A DNA stretch of 64,000 nt, taken from the NCBI RefSeq assembly GCF_052425735.1, contig NC_135762.1:33170001-33234000 (forward strand), in the 5' to 3' direction. Source of the DNA: Oculina patagonica. Its lineage: Eukaryota. Each line of letters opens with the position of its first letter. The stretch's first letter is position 1. The notes beneath the pieces were generated by a model. It ran no database searches and was not told the origin of the DNA. It saw nothing but the letters and a program-made list of their open reading frames with translations. Both the position numbers and the translations under genes were made by a program. Positions 1 through 12,100 of the stretch are shown one piece after another.

Positions 1-1
1 G

Positions 2-151
2 GCGGCGGCAAGCATGAATAGAGTACGTCAGTGGGATCCCTTTGGCATTATCAAGCGGTATTGGAATAACTCGAATGTGGAAAACTTGGTTAACTATGTC
101 AAAGGCAAAACACCAAATATCTCGGCTTATATACACGTACCTGCAGTCTAA
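2..151 (+). CDS. Possible 3' end of an unidentified upstream gene (AAASMNRVRQWDPFGIIKRYWNNSNVENLVNYVKGKTPNISAYIHVPAV*)
   Basis: Frame 2 is open from the window edge to TAA at 149-151, looks protein-like and is followed by AT-rich UTR-like sequence. Product not recognised. Confidence 0.35.
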   Translation, partial: AAASMNRVRQWDPFGIIKRYWNNSNVENLVNYVKGKTPNISAYIHVPAV

Positions 152-1538
152 CAGTGTTTTGTTGATACAAAGAGTGCATGTTGTCATCTGACATTTTGGC
201 TGGATGGTAAAGCTTGCCAGTGAACCCTACATTTTCTTGAGTTTAGTAAGCAATTTTTTTGGAGTATCATATGAGTAATCTACAACTGTTTGCTAGTCTT
301 GGCCTATAATTATAATGTGTACTGACTTTTGACATGTACACATGTACATGTAGTACTTTGCATCTTCTGCTACATGTGAGCAACTGCTTGAAAATAGCTT
401 ATCAAAAAATACTTTACATTATCACTATGGCTGTGAATGCCAGGATAGGGGTGCAATTTGAAGCAGAGATGTGTACAATGTTGCCAAATTTTTAATGCAA
501 GGTGGCACACAAGATACACTGGAAATAATATGCACATACAGATAGGTCGTAAGTGCATGTACTCTCTGCAAATATGAACAGATCAGTGGTCCACTGGTTA
601 GGGATCACAGGAGTTCTGCAATGATACTTCTTCCTGTCTCCAGTCATTAATGTTCAAAGAGGAAGGTAAATTTTAAGACTAGCTCTTTGGAGCAGGAAAG
701 TATAAACACAAGAACAGGTTACAAGCAGAGGACTGCAATGGAAGAGAAGAGCTGACTTTGGCTTGTTTAACTCTGTGCGGTTCAACCGCTTAGCAATATA
801 TTTTTTCTAATAATATTATCATGTAACATGTAATATAACCATCATACAATCAGTTACTGCAGGCTTGCAAAGCAATCAGACTTGAAAAATAGAATTGCCA
901 TGTGTGTATAAATATTTATTTATTTTCAGTTATTTATTATAACAATAAATGAAGTGTGGAACAAGTGTAAATTATCAAGAATCATCATTTTAACACTTGT
1001 GGAATCATAATGGGAAGGGATGTTGTCATGTTTAAGCTTGCATAAATTAGAATACATTATGTTGCACGTGACCAGTTGTGTTGTTGAATAAAGAATTCAA
1101 GATGTCGCTGTGTGCGTCCGAGTCTTAGTGACAAACATTACAGATGTGCTGTATGCTGTGTGCCTGGCAGATGAGACATAACTACAAGTTTAAAAAATTA
1201 TCAATCCTCAATGAATAAAAGCTCTTTTAAAAGAAGCCCCTTACCAGACTTGGTAAAGTGGTTTGTTCATATTTTCAAGTCCAGTTTACATTTCTCACTT
1301 ACTGACATTCAGATAGTTTTGTCCATTTAAATATTTGCAAATGATAGTTGTTCAGCATGTACAACAACTGTTTGTCTTTTTACTTCTGTTGTCCTCTCTG
1401 GGTAACACCCGAACTGAATGAGAGGCTGGTGTTTGTTTCTCCAAGTCACATTTAGCTACAAATATTTTACCTTAACATTTTAAAAGCTCAATTTTGTTGC
1501 TTGCAGTTTTACAAATGACATTTCCCATATTTGGATAG

Positions 1539-4500
1539 TCATTCTGCCTGGAGCATCATGCACGGCTCTGTTCCAGGGTATTCTGGAAGAGACAGGTTGT
1601 ACTTTTGAGCCAGTGAATTTGGCACAAATCTGCCTCCCAAAAAGTGAAATCTCCCTTGAAAGTGTTTTGCACAGAGTTTTGGAGCTGTCAGGGAAATCAA
1701 GAAGTCTGGTTTAATTCCATTTGGATTTCCATCTTCTACATGCCATCCTGAAGATTTAAACAAGAATAACGAGCAACATTTTAAACAACAATAACATCAA
1801 TGGCAAAAGTTTATGTTTTTACAGTTACAATTATATTAATCAAATTAAATTAATATATGCAGTTATTCCTGTAGACCTAATTGGATTTTGTGTATCATTC
1901 AATTTACCCTTTTTAATTCGCAGTATCATTATATCACTGGTGCAATCATAATCCAGACCATTTGTGGATATAGAAAAATACTTATTATTCCACTATTGCG
2001 CCATTTTACCATATTAGGGCAAAAGAACGCACAAAATAATTATGCCACGTTATTACACAGTAGAACAGGGCAAAAATACGTGCGGACAAATTTACGGAAT
2101 ACTGGCCCAAACAAAGTGGAAAAATTAGTGGGGCTCGGAAAAATACTACGCAACTCGCAAAATATCCGCGCGTATCATATGTTAAACCATCGAATAAGGT
2201 GTATATATTGCCTTCACAGTGATAATGCGGCAGTAAACTAAACACTAAGCCATCTTACTACTCCTTCTTCAGCAATATAGACCAGTCAGAGATTGAAATC
2301 CAGAAAATTCAGAGAGAATAATAAAAAGTAACCTACTAAACTGTCTGGCCTGCAGGCTTGGAAAAATACATGTACTTAGCAACTTATGAATTAATTATGC
2401 ATTGTAAAACATCATTATAATAGAGAAGTTTTCACATAAATGTCAAAAGAAATTTGCATCTGATTTGGTTTTGCATTACTAGGTTCAGTGATTGGTTTTA
2501 AAATCTTGCACAAAGTTTCTTAGCCAATCAGAAGTAAAACCAAAAACTAATCGTGACTCATTTATGTACATTTATCCGCACTTCTAGGTTTGTGCCTGAC
2601 TGACTTGTATTAAAACAGCTTCAAGTTTTGATTGGCTCGCTGCATTGTCTGCGTCCTTTTTGATTAGTGGGAGTAATTACTTTGCTTGTGGTTTTACAAT
2701 ACTCAGTTGAAAACTGCTCTATTGTCTGTCAAACAAATTGAATAAGGACTGTGTATAAACTATGGTATGGGAGGCACGGTGGCCTAATGGTTTAGAGCGC
2801 CGGACTCCGGATCGAGCTGTCAGAGTTCGAGCCTCTATCCACCCAGGTGTATAAATGGGTACCAGCGACATAATGCTGGGGGGAGGGAACCCTGCAATGG
2901 ACTAGCATCGCATTCACAGGGGAGTAGAAATATACCTAGCCGCTTAATGCTACGGAAACCAGGATAAGCTCTGGCAGTGTGGGCCCCTTGGCTCGTGGCT
3001 TCTCCTTCTTCTTCATAAACTATGGTACAGTGTGCTTAAATTATCTCAGTCTACTACATGTAGGATATCCTTCTAACTGACCTGACGGAATATCAACTGA
3101 GCAAACAGGAATTTTGACTTCTTTTAACACTGACAGCACATCTCCAAATGGTGGCCTGGCATTTCCCTTAAAACTGAAACCAAAAATTGCATCCACAATC
3201 AACTTGTAGTCAGCATCAATCTGTGTTGCTGTCAGTATTTCACTGATAAATGGTATGTCCATCTTTTCACACTGTGTCACAAGATTTTTAAAGAGCTGTT
3301 TTTCTGTCCTCTTTGGATAATATATAGTTGGAATGTAACCCTGAAAAATCAAAGCAAATTTCAAATGACTGGTTAGTTCATGACTGTATATGTTGTGGTT
3401 TATATATTATTCAGTTTTTTTAAACCTGCAGGGGGGCAACAAAGAATAACGTCCCAGCATATTAGAATTCTGTAACTCGCGCAAAATCATCATTCTCTGA
3501 AGAAGACTGCAGAAGGCGATCAAAAATTTGGAAACAATTTTACTTTATAGATCTGTTTTAAATGTTTTTAAATTTCTAACTATGAACACAGATTCCTCCA
3601 ACAGTTTTATTTTTTTAAACCAGTTTAATTTTTATTTTAAATTTCCTACAGATTATGTTAATGAATATGAGACAATAACAGATAACTAAAGATAAATGTA
3701 AACTACAACATGTACACATATTCAACATGTGTACTCTGGCATTGGCAGGTGTATTTTGTAAAACACAGAACGCAGAAGGCAGAATGATGGTCAGCAGCTT
3801 GCGTGCAGTTAGCTTTTACTCCGGTTTGCTCGTGGTAAGCTATCACTCCAGTTTGCTTGCGGTTAGCTTTTATTCAGTTGTTTGTTAGGGCATTATACTA
3901 TTGCCGTTCCCTCACCACCATCATTCTACACTCTACAATAACTGCATTCTGCAAAATACCCCTGCCACTCTGGCATTCTGAGTTCTGCATAAGCAGATTT
4001 AGGGGGAGCGTCAAGGGGGATGTAGGGGGAGGGTCAAGGGGGCTGTCTCCCCCCTCCCCTCCCACTGCCCAACATTCAGTTGGGAAATTTAAAAATTATC
4101 TGTCCCCTTTTTGTGAATAATTTTCTTGGATCCCTCCCTGACCAGAGAAAATGAGGATTTCTTCACAGGGTATTTATCCTATTTTTTCCCATGGACTCAG
4201 CTAGTAACAAAATGTGGTCTGGAGCTAGAGTTTTGTATACTTCAGGTTAACTTAATTGCTATTTGCAAAATTATTATCCAAGATGCCAGAGGTAATAATA
4301 AAATTAAACTTGGGGGCCATTAGGAAACTTATTAATCTTAATTGTCAACATTGTGTCTAAAAATGTATGGAAAATGTTTTTTTAAGTTGGTCATCTGGCC
4401 ACAAGAATGCATGTGCGTACCCCATATAACAGTGCTTATAAAAAAAAAAATCTTTATTACACAAATTTACCACATAATTATAATCAGACAGATTGACTTA

Positions 4501-4855
4501 CGAACATCTTGAGATGCCTAGCTGCTACCAATCCATCTCCGCCATTGTTTCCAGGGCCACTACATACCAGTACTTTAGGCTGACTTGCTTCTCTGGGATA
4601 AGCTTTGGTTAGTGCGACAGCTACACTCAATCCAGCTAACTCCATTAGCTGATCAACACTGAACGAATACTCATTGAACAGCTCTTGATCGATCTTTTGG
4701 GCCTCTTCTTGGTTTAAGTATTTCATTGTTGTCCTAACTGTGCAGAAGCTCTTAAACTGGCGAGGAAAACGATTGCAAAGGGAGGAAAATCGGAATAACA
4801 TGAGAGCAGTGAAACTGCTAAGAATACCAAGAAGAACGAAAACCTTCCATGCCAT
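1539..4855 (-). CDS. NAXE: NAD(P)HX epimerase (YjeF_N family, APOA1BP/AIBP), 3 exons: 4855-4502, 3340-3082, 1747-1539; 273 aa
   Basis: Motifs [44 protein letters not shown] and [12 protein letters not shown] junctions are in frame (822 nt in total). Confidence 0.95.
2770..3000 (+). mobile_element. tRNA-derived SINE, internally deleted copy, in NAXE intron 2
   Basis: tRNA-like head (ggtggcctaatggt...gttcgagcc) and core ccacccaggtgtataaatgggtacc, also present at 43390-43688 on the minus strand. Confidence 0.7.
3745..3966. mobile_element. MITE-like element with imperfect terminal inverted repeats in NAXE intron 1
   Basis: gcaggtgtattttg...cagaatgatggt pairs with accatcattct...caaaatacccctgc. 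Confidence 0.45.
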
Positions 4856-6769
4856 GCCCGCGATACGATTCCACTACCCAGCGGTTGTTCTTAACTTGTC
4901 GCATAGTCACGCAAGGCCAAGCAAAATCAGTCAGTGATCAGTGAGTAGCTGGGGGGTCCCTGGGGGGGAAGGGGGGTGGGGGGGGGAAAAATTAATAACG
5001 TTGTCTCTTATTAGAAAGGGGGTCACAGGCAGGAGGGCCATAGGCAGGAGTAAATGGTATCATTAACGTATGTATTAGCATTTTCGAATCAACTTTTCTT
5101 GAAGGTACTGAATGAAACACACCGGTGAGCATTTACTGCATACACAGCTTTAGGTAAACTTATTAATGAGATGCTCCTGATCAAGAAAAAAAGAGACCGA
5201 CATTAAACACTCAAACAGACTCCATTCCAGCGAAACTGTTCACCATTTTATGCACATTCTTTAGTTTTTGTTTTTGTCATGTTTTTGCATCGCTACTGTT
5301 TATTTACAAAATCTTCCGTATTCAGGAAATCGGTTACACGTGGAAAACCTAGTTTCCCCAGGTTAACCTTAAAGGAGCAGTGTCAGCAAGATTTAGTGCT
5401 ACTCGAAAATCCAGTGAAGGCCGGAACTTGGAATCAATTGGAAATCCTTGAAATGTGACTTGGTTTTACTTAAACACGAACACATTTTGCCAGTCTCTTG
5501 GCACTTCGTTATATCGAGGTTCCACTGTATTGTGTTGTTGTCTCCTCGACTCTTGTGACAATGAAAGCGAAAGCGACCACAAAAAAGGAGGAAACGAAAC
5601 ATTTGAGGTTATAAATATTTTTAAAAGAAAAAAGTAGTCATTTCCATTTCTTTCACTACTCAAGCCCACGCTTTTGCCTTTTTGTTTGTCTTTAAATTCC
5701 CTACACTCTTCGGAACAACTTCGGATTTTTTTTTTCATCAACTCAACCGCGGCTTCCGCACTTTATTTCAACAAGAGAAAATAAGGCCAGACGTAAACAA
5801 TTTTCATGTGGTATTTTCTGGTATTACTGCTGGACACACATTCATCAATTTTCTTCTGCTTATGCGATTTTTCGTTTTCACACGAACGCAAGCACAAGAA
5901 AAGGAAAAAATTTGATCTTTGTGCTTGTGCTTGTGCTTGCGCTTGTGCTTATGCTTGAGTCGAAGTCGTTTTCACGGTGAAATAATGGCTGTTATGCTTG
6001 TGCTTGTGCTTGCGCTTGTGATTACGTCGCTAGTGAATACACTCCTCTTGGGACCCAGGCTTTGTTTTGTGTGACGTGATCTAAGACTGCCCTTTTAGGG
6101 TCTCCCATGCCAACGCGCGCATCGTTAGCATATCAATAGCCGGTAGCTACACCCAGATTACTGGTAGTCGGAGCACAGTGTTTCCAGCCGGTTATCCAAG
6201 CTACAACTTTAACGTTTTATCTGCAACGTGAAGGTAAGAATGACACGTCTAACTAAGAGGTTTCGGTATGACCGCTGGGCTTGGACTTTGCCGCTTTGCT
6301 CGAATAAGTCGAATAACTCTATTTTTAAATCCTTAATTACATTTTCAGAGGGCTCGACCCAATTGCCCGTGAAGCTAAAATGCATCAGTGTTTTCTTGCA
6401 AACAAGCCGGCTTCTTAAAATACGAAAGCTTGATATTGACCTTAGCTTTATGGCGATAAACTGTGAAAGGACGAGTATTGGTTTTCACCGCACTGTGATG
6501 GTAGACTAACTCTCTGGTTTACAACGACTGAACGGCCATGCATCAATGCGCGAAGACTTTAGCGCGACGCTCGTTTGTTGCCAGGGTCTTGCCAATATAC
6601 AGAATGAACTTACAAGTGGCCTGAGTTTTATCCAAGAGAAAATGCTCATGTTCTCGTGCTTTATCAGATCAAACTGTGAATAAACAGTTCGTTTTTACAA
6701 CATGTCAACACTAACAATGTGCATTTATCTCCGAATTTTATTTGCAGAGATTGAACAAGCCTAATTACC

Positions 6770-7612
6770 ATGTCTTACGAAGGTTACACTACGTTTAAAG
6801 TCGAGATAAAGGAAGGCGTCGCCTGGGTCACATTTGACTTCCCGCCGGTAAATGTGCAAGGCAAACCGATGCTTGATGACCTGAATCGTTTAGCTAAAGC
6901 TTTGGAGCCGGATCGTTCCGTCAAGGTCGTGGTCTTTCAATCTGCTCATCCGGACATTTTTGTCTGTCACGCAGATATTGACATGTTGTGTGAGATTCCA
7001 GCCAGTGAACGCTCCATGGACGAGCCTATACTATACCTGCAGCAGGTCCTACAGCGCATCAGCACACTTCCTCAAGCCACTATTGCCAAGGTGGAGGGAA
7101 TGGCCCGTGGGGGTGGACACGAGTTCATGCAGGCCTGTGACATGCGTTTCGCCGCACGAGGTAGAGCAGTGTTTATGCAGATGGAAGTTGGTATGGGCAT
7201 TGTGCCATGCGGTGGAGGAACTCAGCGACTTGCGCGCCAAGTCGGTATGGGTCGCGCCATGGAGATCATTCTGGGGGCTCACGACTTCGATGCTGACCTT
7301 GCAGAGCGTTATGGAAGCATCAACCGAGCACTAAACCCTGACGAGATTGGGCCGTTTGTGGAAGAGCTGGCTAATCGCATAGCTAAATTCCCTGCGGGCT
7401 CGATTACGGCGTGCAAGAGATGCGTATCGAGTGCAGTGGAGACGCCTATTGAAGAAGGTTTGAAGATAGAAGCATACCAGCTGGGACAGGCTATGTCCCA
7501 GACTCCTGCCGCCAAGAGGTTTGCCTTTGGAAAGGAACAAGGCATACAGAATGATCTGGAAACCCAGAAGAACTGGGACAAAGGAGTGATGGACCTTCAA
7601 GGGGTACAATAG
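6770..7612 (+). CDS. Enoyl-CoA hydratase/isomerase (crotonase superfamily), intronless CDS, 280 aa, bacterial-like
   Basis: Crotonase motifs FVCHADI, ARGGGHEFMQACDMRFA and QMEVGMGIVPCGGGTQRLAR, with both catalytic-type Glu present. Candidate 5'UTR intron 6234-6747 (aag|gtaaga...ttgcag|) and AATAAA near 7797. Confidence 0.92.
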   Translation: MSYEGYTTFKVEIKEGVAWVTFDFPPVNVQGKPMLDDLNRLAKALEPDRSVKVVVFQSAHPDIFVCHADIDMLCEIPASERSMDEPILYLQQVLQRISTLPQATIAKVEGMARGGGHEFMQACDMRFAARGRAVFMQMEVGMGIVPCGGGTQRLARQVGMGRAMEIILGAHDFDADLAERYGSINRALNPDEIGPFVEELANRIAKFPAGSITACKRCVSSAVETPIEEGLKIEAYQLGQAMSQTPAAKRFAFGKEQGIQNDLETQKNWDKGVMDLQGVQ

Positions 7613-8839
7613 TACACACACAGTAAACGATGTTATTAACACGGTTGTTTTTCTTCATAGCTTGTATTGTTTATCGTTGAAAAATTGAAAAGTTCATACA
7701 TTCAAATTCTGGACATCGCAGTTGCAGCAATTAAGTATTCACTGTGTAACTCAGTTTATACATATTTTGTGTGGCTTCTTTATTTGTTATGATTAAATAA
7801 AACTGACTTCACAACCGTAATTTGAGTTTTATTACGAGATTTGTCGGATTAGTTTTTATAAGACTTTTAATGTATGGTAAAGAAGATTAAAATTCAATTC
7901 GGTATTTTCGTCGTGTTGGCGGATTATGGGGCTGAGTCATGGACTTAAAAATTAAATGGCCAATTGGTGAAGTTTGCGGCTAGTATCCTGCGTATCTTCC
8001 TCAATTAACAATCCATTTTGTTATTTTCGGTTTTAATTACATCTTTAGAGGTTTTTCTTCCTTAGCAAATGACTAGTTCGAGGTGAGAAGTGATTGTGTA
8101 CATCAGAAAAATAAATTTAAATATCGTGACACAAAAGAGCCAAAAAAATTAGAGCTGATTTTACAGAGAAATGTTTACTCTAGTGATTAAAATATGTCAA
8201 CACACCTCTTTTCAAATACGACCCTCATCTGCGTTTTTACAAATTAAAAGAATTTAAATTCGGTGGACGATTTTAAAAAAAATGGGGAAAAAAACAAAGA
8301 AACCTGCCGTCTAAGCTGTCAACGGTTGTCAGCTTGAGCTCCCAATGTAGACTTCTACAGTAGGTCACGAAATGATCAAGAAATGATAAAATCATTTTAC
8401 GCTGAGGTTTTCATTGTGTACAGCATCGGCGCTATTAACATTCCGAGATTTCTTCTATTAAGAAAATTTGCTTGGATACCGCGGCAATCGTACCGCCAAC
8501 AAACAACTCGTGTTTTCTTGAAAGACCTCAGTTCAGTTCTGGCCCTTTCTAGTCTCTTCCGTCACGCAACGCTACGCCGCTCTGAGTGACAGCGAAAGTG
8601 TGGCGGGCAGCGGGACGGACAGTAGCCGCCTTGTGTTTTTCAGTTCAATTCTTTTTTTTTTTATTCTTTTTTTTATATATTTCAGGAAGTATTTGATGAC
8701 ATTTTTTTTGACATTTTATTTGCGGGTGGTTTAACGAAAAAGGGTCTAGTGAGCAATAAACCAAACAAGCTGTTTAAAACCGTTAACAATTTTTAATTGG
8801 TTCATCGCACAGCTGTATAGATACCTAATATATCCTTAA

Positions 8840-9139
8840 ACCGCCTTTGAAACCACGTTAATCGATTTGTTATTGGTTTTATAAAACACGTCAGATGTGT
8901 TTGAACAGCTTGTTGGGGGTACTTTGATTTTAAAGCTCTACATTTATGGTCAGTAAAATGAAATAATAGACCCTAGAAATGGAGTTTGGAAGCGTTAAAC
9001 GATTTTAGATTGGTTTTGCGAAAGTGAATAGTGACACTTTCAAAACGTGTTTGATCAGGTTTTTCGGTTCGTTTAAGTAAGGAAATATATATAGGCCACC
9101 AGTAAAATTGTCTAGTAACTTTGATTCGATCGCGTCGCG
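8840..9139 (+). promoter_or_regulatory. Astacin promoter with TATA-like element (~9086) and sequence blocks conserved in paralog C and the ShK mini-gene
   Basis: Blocks cgcctttga..cgttaatcgattt..attggttt and aagtgaatag..tgtttgatcaggttt recur at ~17850-18075(-), ~25850-26080(-) and ~32908-32990(+). Confidence 0.6.
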
Positions 9140-12100
9140 ATGAAGTCGCTGTTGATTGTTCTCGTTGCCTTTTGCTTGGCTGTTACTGGTACTTACGCCG
9201 AGAACGCGGAAGGTATGAATTTGCCTTAGTTATATTACTCCCATGCATTACAAGCCTCTGATTGAATCGATTTGACTTTGATTGAAAATTTTACTCCTCT
9301 CTGTACTAGACTTAAATGCTTGGTGGATTTTTTTTTATATCCGTGGCCTATACTGATTACATAATTATAAAAAGAAAATCTCTGGTCAATTTAATTTCTT
9401 CCTGGTGTAGACTTCAGTTTACCTGGTAAGGCGTGTTTCCCTGCCAAAAATGAAATTACGTCCCTTTGAACTTGATTAAAAAGCTCCAAAATGTTAATGT
9501 TCAGATTTTACGTTTGTTTTTAGCTGCCTGCTTTCGTATCTGTCTGCCTTCTTATGCGGTCTCGGACAAATTATTTTTTTAAAAAATCTTCAGGGGAGGC
9601 TTGTTCCTGGATCTTGCTATTCGGCTCGCGTCTTCGGCCTTCGCAATGCTATCGCACCTTTGGCGCTCTAAGCCGCCCTTCCAAATTCTCCCTACAGACC
9701 TTCTTAGTACGTACTGAAAGGGTAACAAATACAGGTTACTAATTCCCACCCCCTCCCCCCTTTCGCACACTTTCGCCGCTTTATAATTTATATGTCTGCT
9801 TACTGAACAATTAAACAATTTCGTAACGAAAATACAGTTTGATTACGCTGCGTTGTAAAAACAAAATAATAATAATATGCAGATGTAGACACAACAGAAT
9901 AATCAACCTCGTTTCAAGGGTCTTTTCATTGCTCTTCTTTCGATTTCCTACTATATACAGAAAACGAAGATGTCTTTGACCCAGACCTCTTTGAGGGAGA
10001 CATGAAGCTGGAGCCTGGGCAACGGTTAGCAGCTGAGTTTGGACTTGATGTTGATGGCGGGATGTCACGTGGTGCGGCCATAAGGAGTCGATACTGGCCC
10101 AATGGAGTTGTTCCTTACACCATTGACTCCAGTTTGTGTAAGTAGACAGAGCAATCTTTGACTAAATGCCTAGAGAAGAATGGCTCACACGTAGTAAACA
10201 TCCTGAATGAAATTTAAGGGAAAATTAAAGTATTTCTTAAATTTTGTGCCTGTGTTGTCCGTGGAGTGTCGCCATCATTTCCAAACGAAACGTTTCAAGA
10301 AGGAATTTTATCTGGTACTGTTTTTAACTGTTCAATTGTTTACATTCCGTTTGACTTGACTACAGCGTCAGAATTGTTTTATAATCTGAAAAATCCACCG
10401 CAGCCCTGCCCAATCTCACTCTATGTTGAAGTCATTAAATACAACAATGTCTTGACTTCCATTCTTCTCCTTAAATTTTTACACATTTTTTTAAATTTTT
10501 AATTGTTTACTTTTTATAATTTTTTTTTTCGTTTATTTAGCTTCACATGTGTGATATATTTTTAAGAAAAGTTGGTGTGATGTTTAACGATTTTACCGAC
10601 TGAATTAAATGTAGATGTAGAACTAACAAGTTGTTTCCTTTTATATGCTAGCGTCCCAGTCAAGAGCAATGCAAGCAATCCGAGCAGCTATGAATACTTG
10701 GAGCAAGAAAACTTGTATTCAATTCGTAAAAAGGACCAACGAGAAAGGTTATATCGAGTTCTTTAAAGGAAGCGGGTATGTAGTTGTTGTTTTTGTTTGT
10801 CAGTTTTTTTTAACCTGAAAGACGTAAAGATTTTACCATGCTTTGCGGGTGGAGACAGGGGGGTCTGAACCTCCCACCCCCCGTACCTTTTTCTCCCGCT
10901 TTCCGCCCCTTTCTGTGGTGGTTCCCATGTCTTTGTCCCAGGTTTATTTGGTCTGTTCTAACCACCTTAGGAATCCAATTTCCCACCCCTTTTCTCCCGG
11001 GCTCATACCCCCCTTTCGCCATCCATTGCTCTCTGTGGCCTCCATACAAAAAATAGCAAATATGCATTTCCATAAAGCGGCAGTAAATTAAACTATCTTA
11101 ATTCTCTGAGTTCTGGATAGTTGTAACTTGTACATGGTTTGTAAAATAGAATGACTGCATTTGCCTATCTAGCTGTTGGTCTTACGTCGGACGAACTGGC
11201 AAAAAGCAGCAGATCAGTCTGGCCAGCGGATGCTGGTATAAGGGAACAGTGGCGCACGAAATTGGTACGTATGTTAATATATTCACCACTGGTCAATACG
11301 GGGTACTTATCTCCTGCTTCAGCTCGATACTGGTCCAAAACGTATCAGGGACCAAATTTATTCTGGCCAGGATAATAACAGAAAGATTCCCTTATCTGGA
11401 GCTCTTTGGGTTGAACGGATTTTGTTGTGATTGATATTTAGTGATTAAGGCAATAGGATATTACAGAGCAGGTGAAATTAAGTTGGTTTTTTATCTGTTC
11501 AAGTATGTTTACTCTGCCTACATGTATTTTTTAGGTTTGATGACGTCCTTAGAAACCCATTTTCAATCACGTTTAAACGCGCTCCTTAGATTGACTAAGA
11601 ATACAAACGTATTTTTTTGTGTGTGAAAAATACTGTTTTTTTTACTGTAGTATGTTGGGGTTAGATAGCTATTTATTTTCATGTCTATTACTGAAAGTGT
11701 TTCTTTTTCGATTTATCTTCGCTTAGTTTTTTTAAAAAAATCGAGAGAACTTGTATTGCAGTAACTAAAAAGACTTTTAATTGCTTAAATATTCGAGTTA
11801 AAAAAGTGAAAGAAAAGAGTGAATTTAGCGCCTAATTGTTTTTTTTTTTTCTCCTCCGCAGCACACGCTCTCGGATTTCACCATGAACAGTCTCGCCCAG
11901 ACAGAGATAAGCATGTGACTATAAAATTCGAAAACATCTAGAAGGGTACGTATTCTCCACCCTCCAAGTAAGGAGCTCGATTTTCTAACGTTTTGCTTGT
12001 CAGACCTATCGAGTTAGCTATACCTATTATTTGCAAGTTGAAAAAGTCCTCTTTTTGAGGAAACTGGTGCAAAATTGTGCGCATGCTTATTACTCGCTAA

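Noticed and set aside
2770-2835. tRNA gene
   Set aside because: It is the tRNA-derived head of a SINE, continues into the SINE core and does not form a full cloverleaf.
6770-7612. Bacterial contamination
   Set aside because: The gene is contiguous with spliced animal genes on both haplotypes and has eukaryotic splice and poly(A) signals.
11939-11941. Programmed read-through or recoding of the in-frame TAG
   Set aside because: The other haplotype has CAG, so a simple C>T change or error explains it, and no recoding signal was seen.
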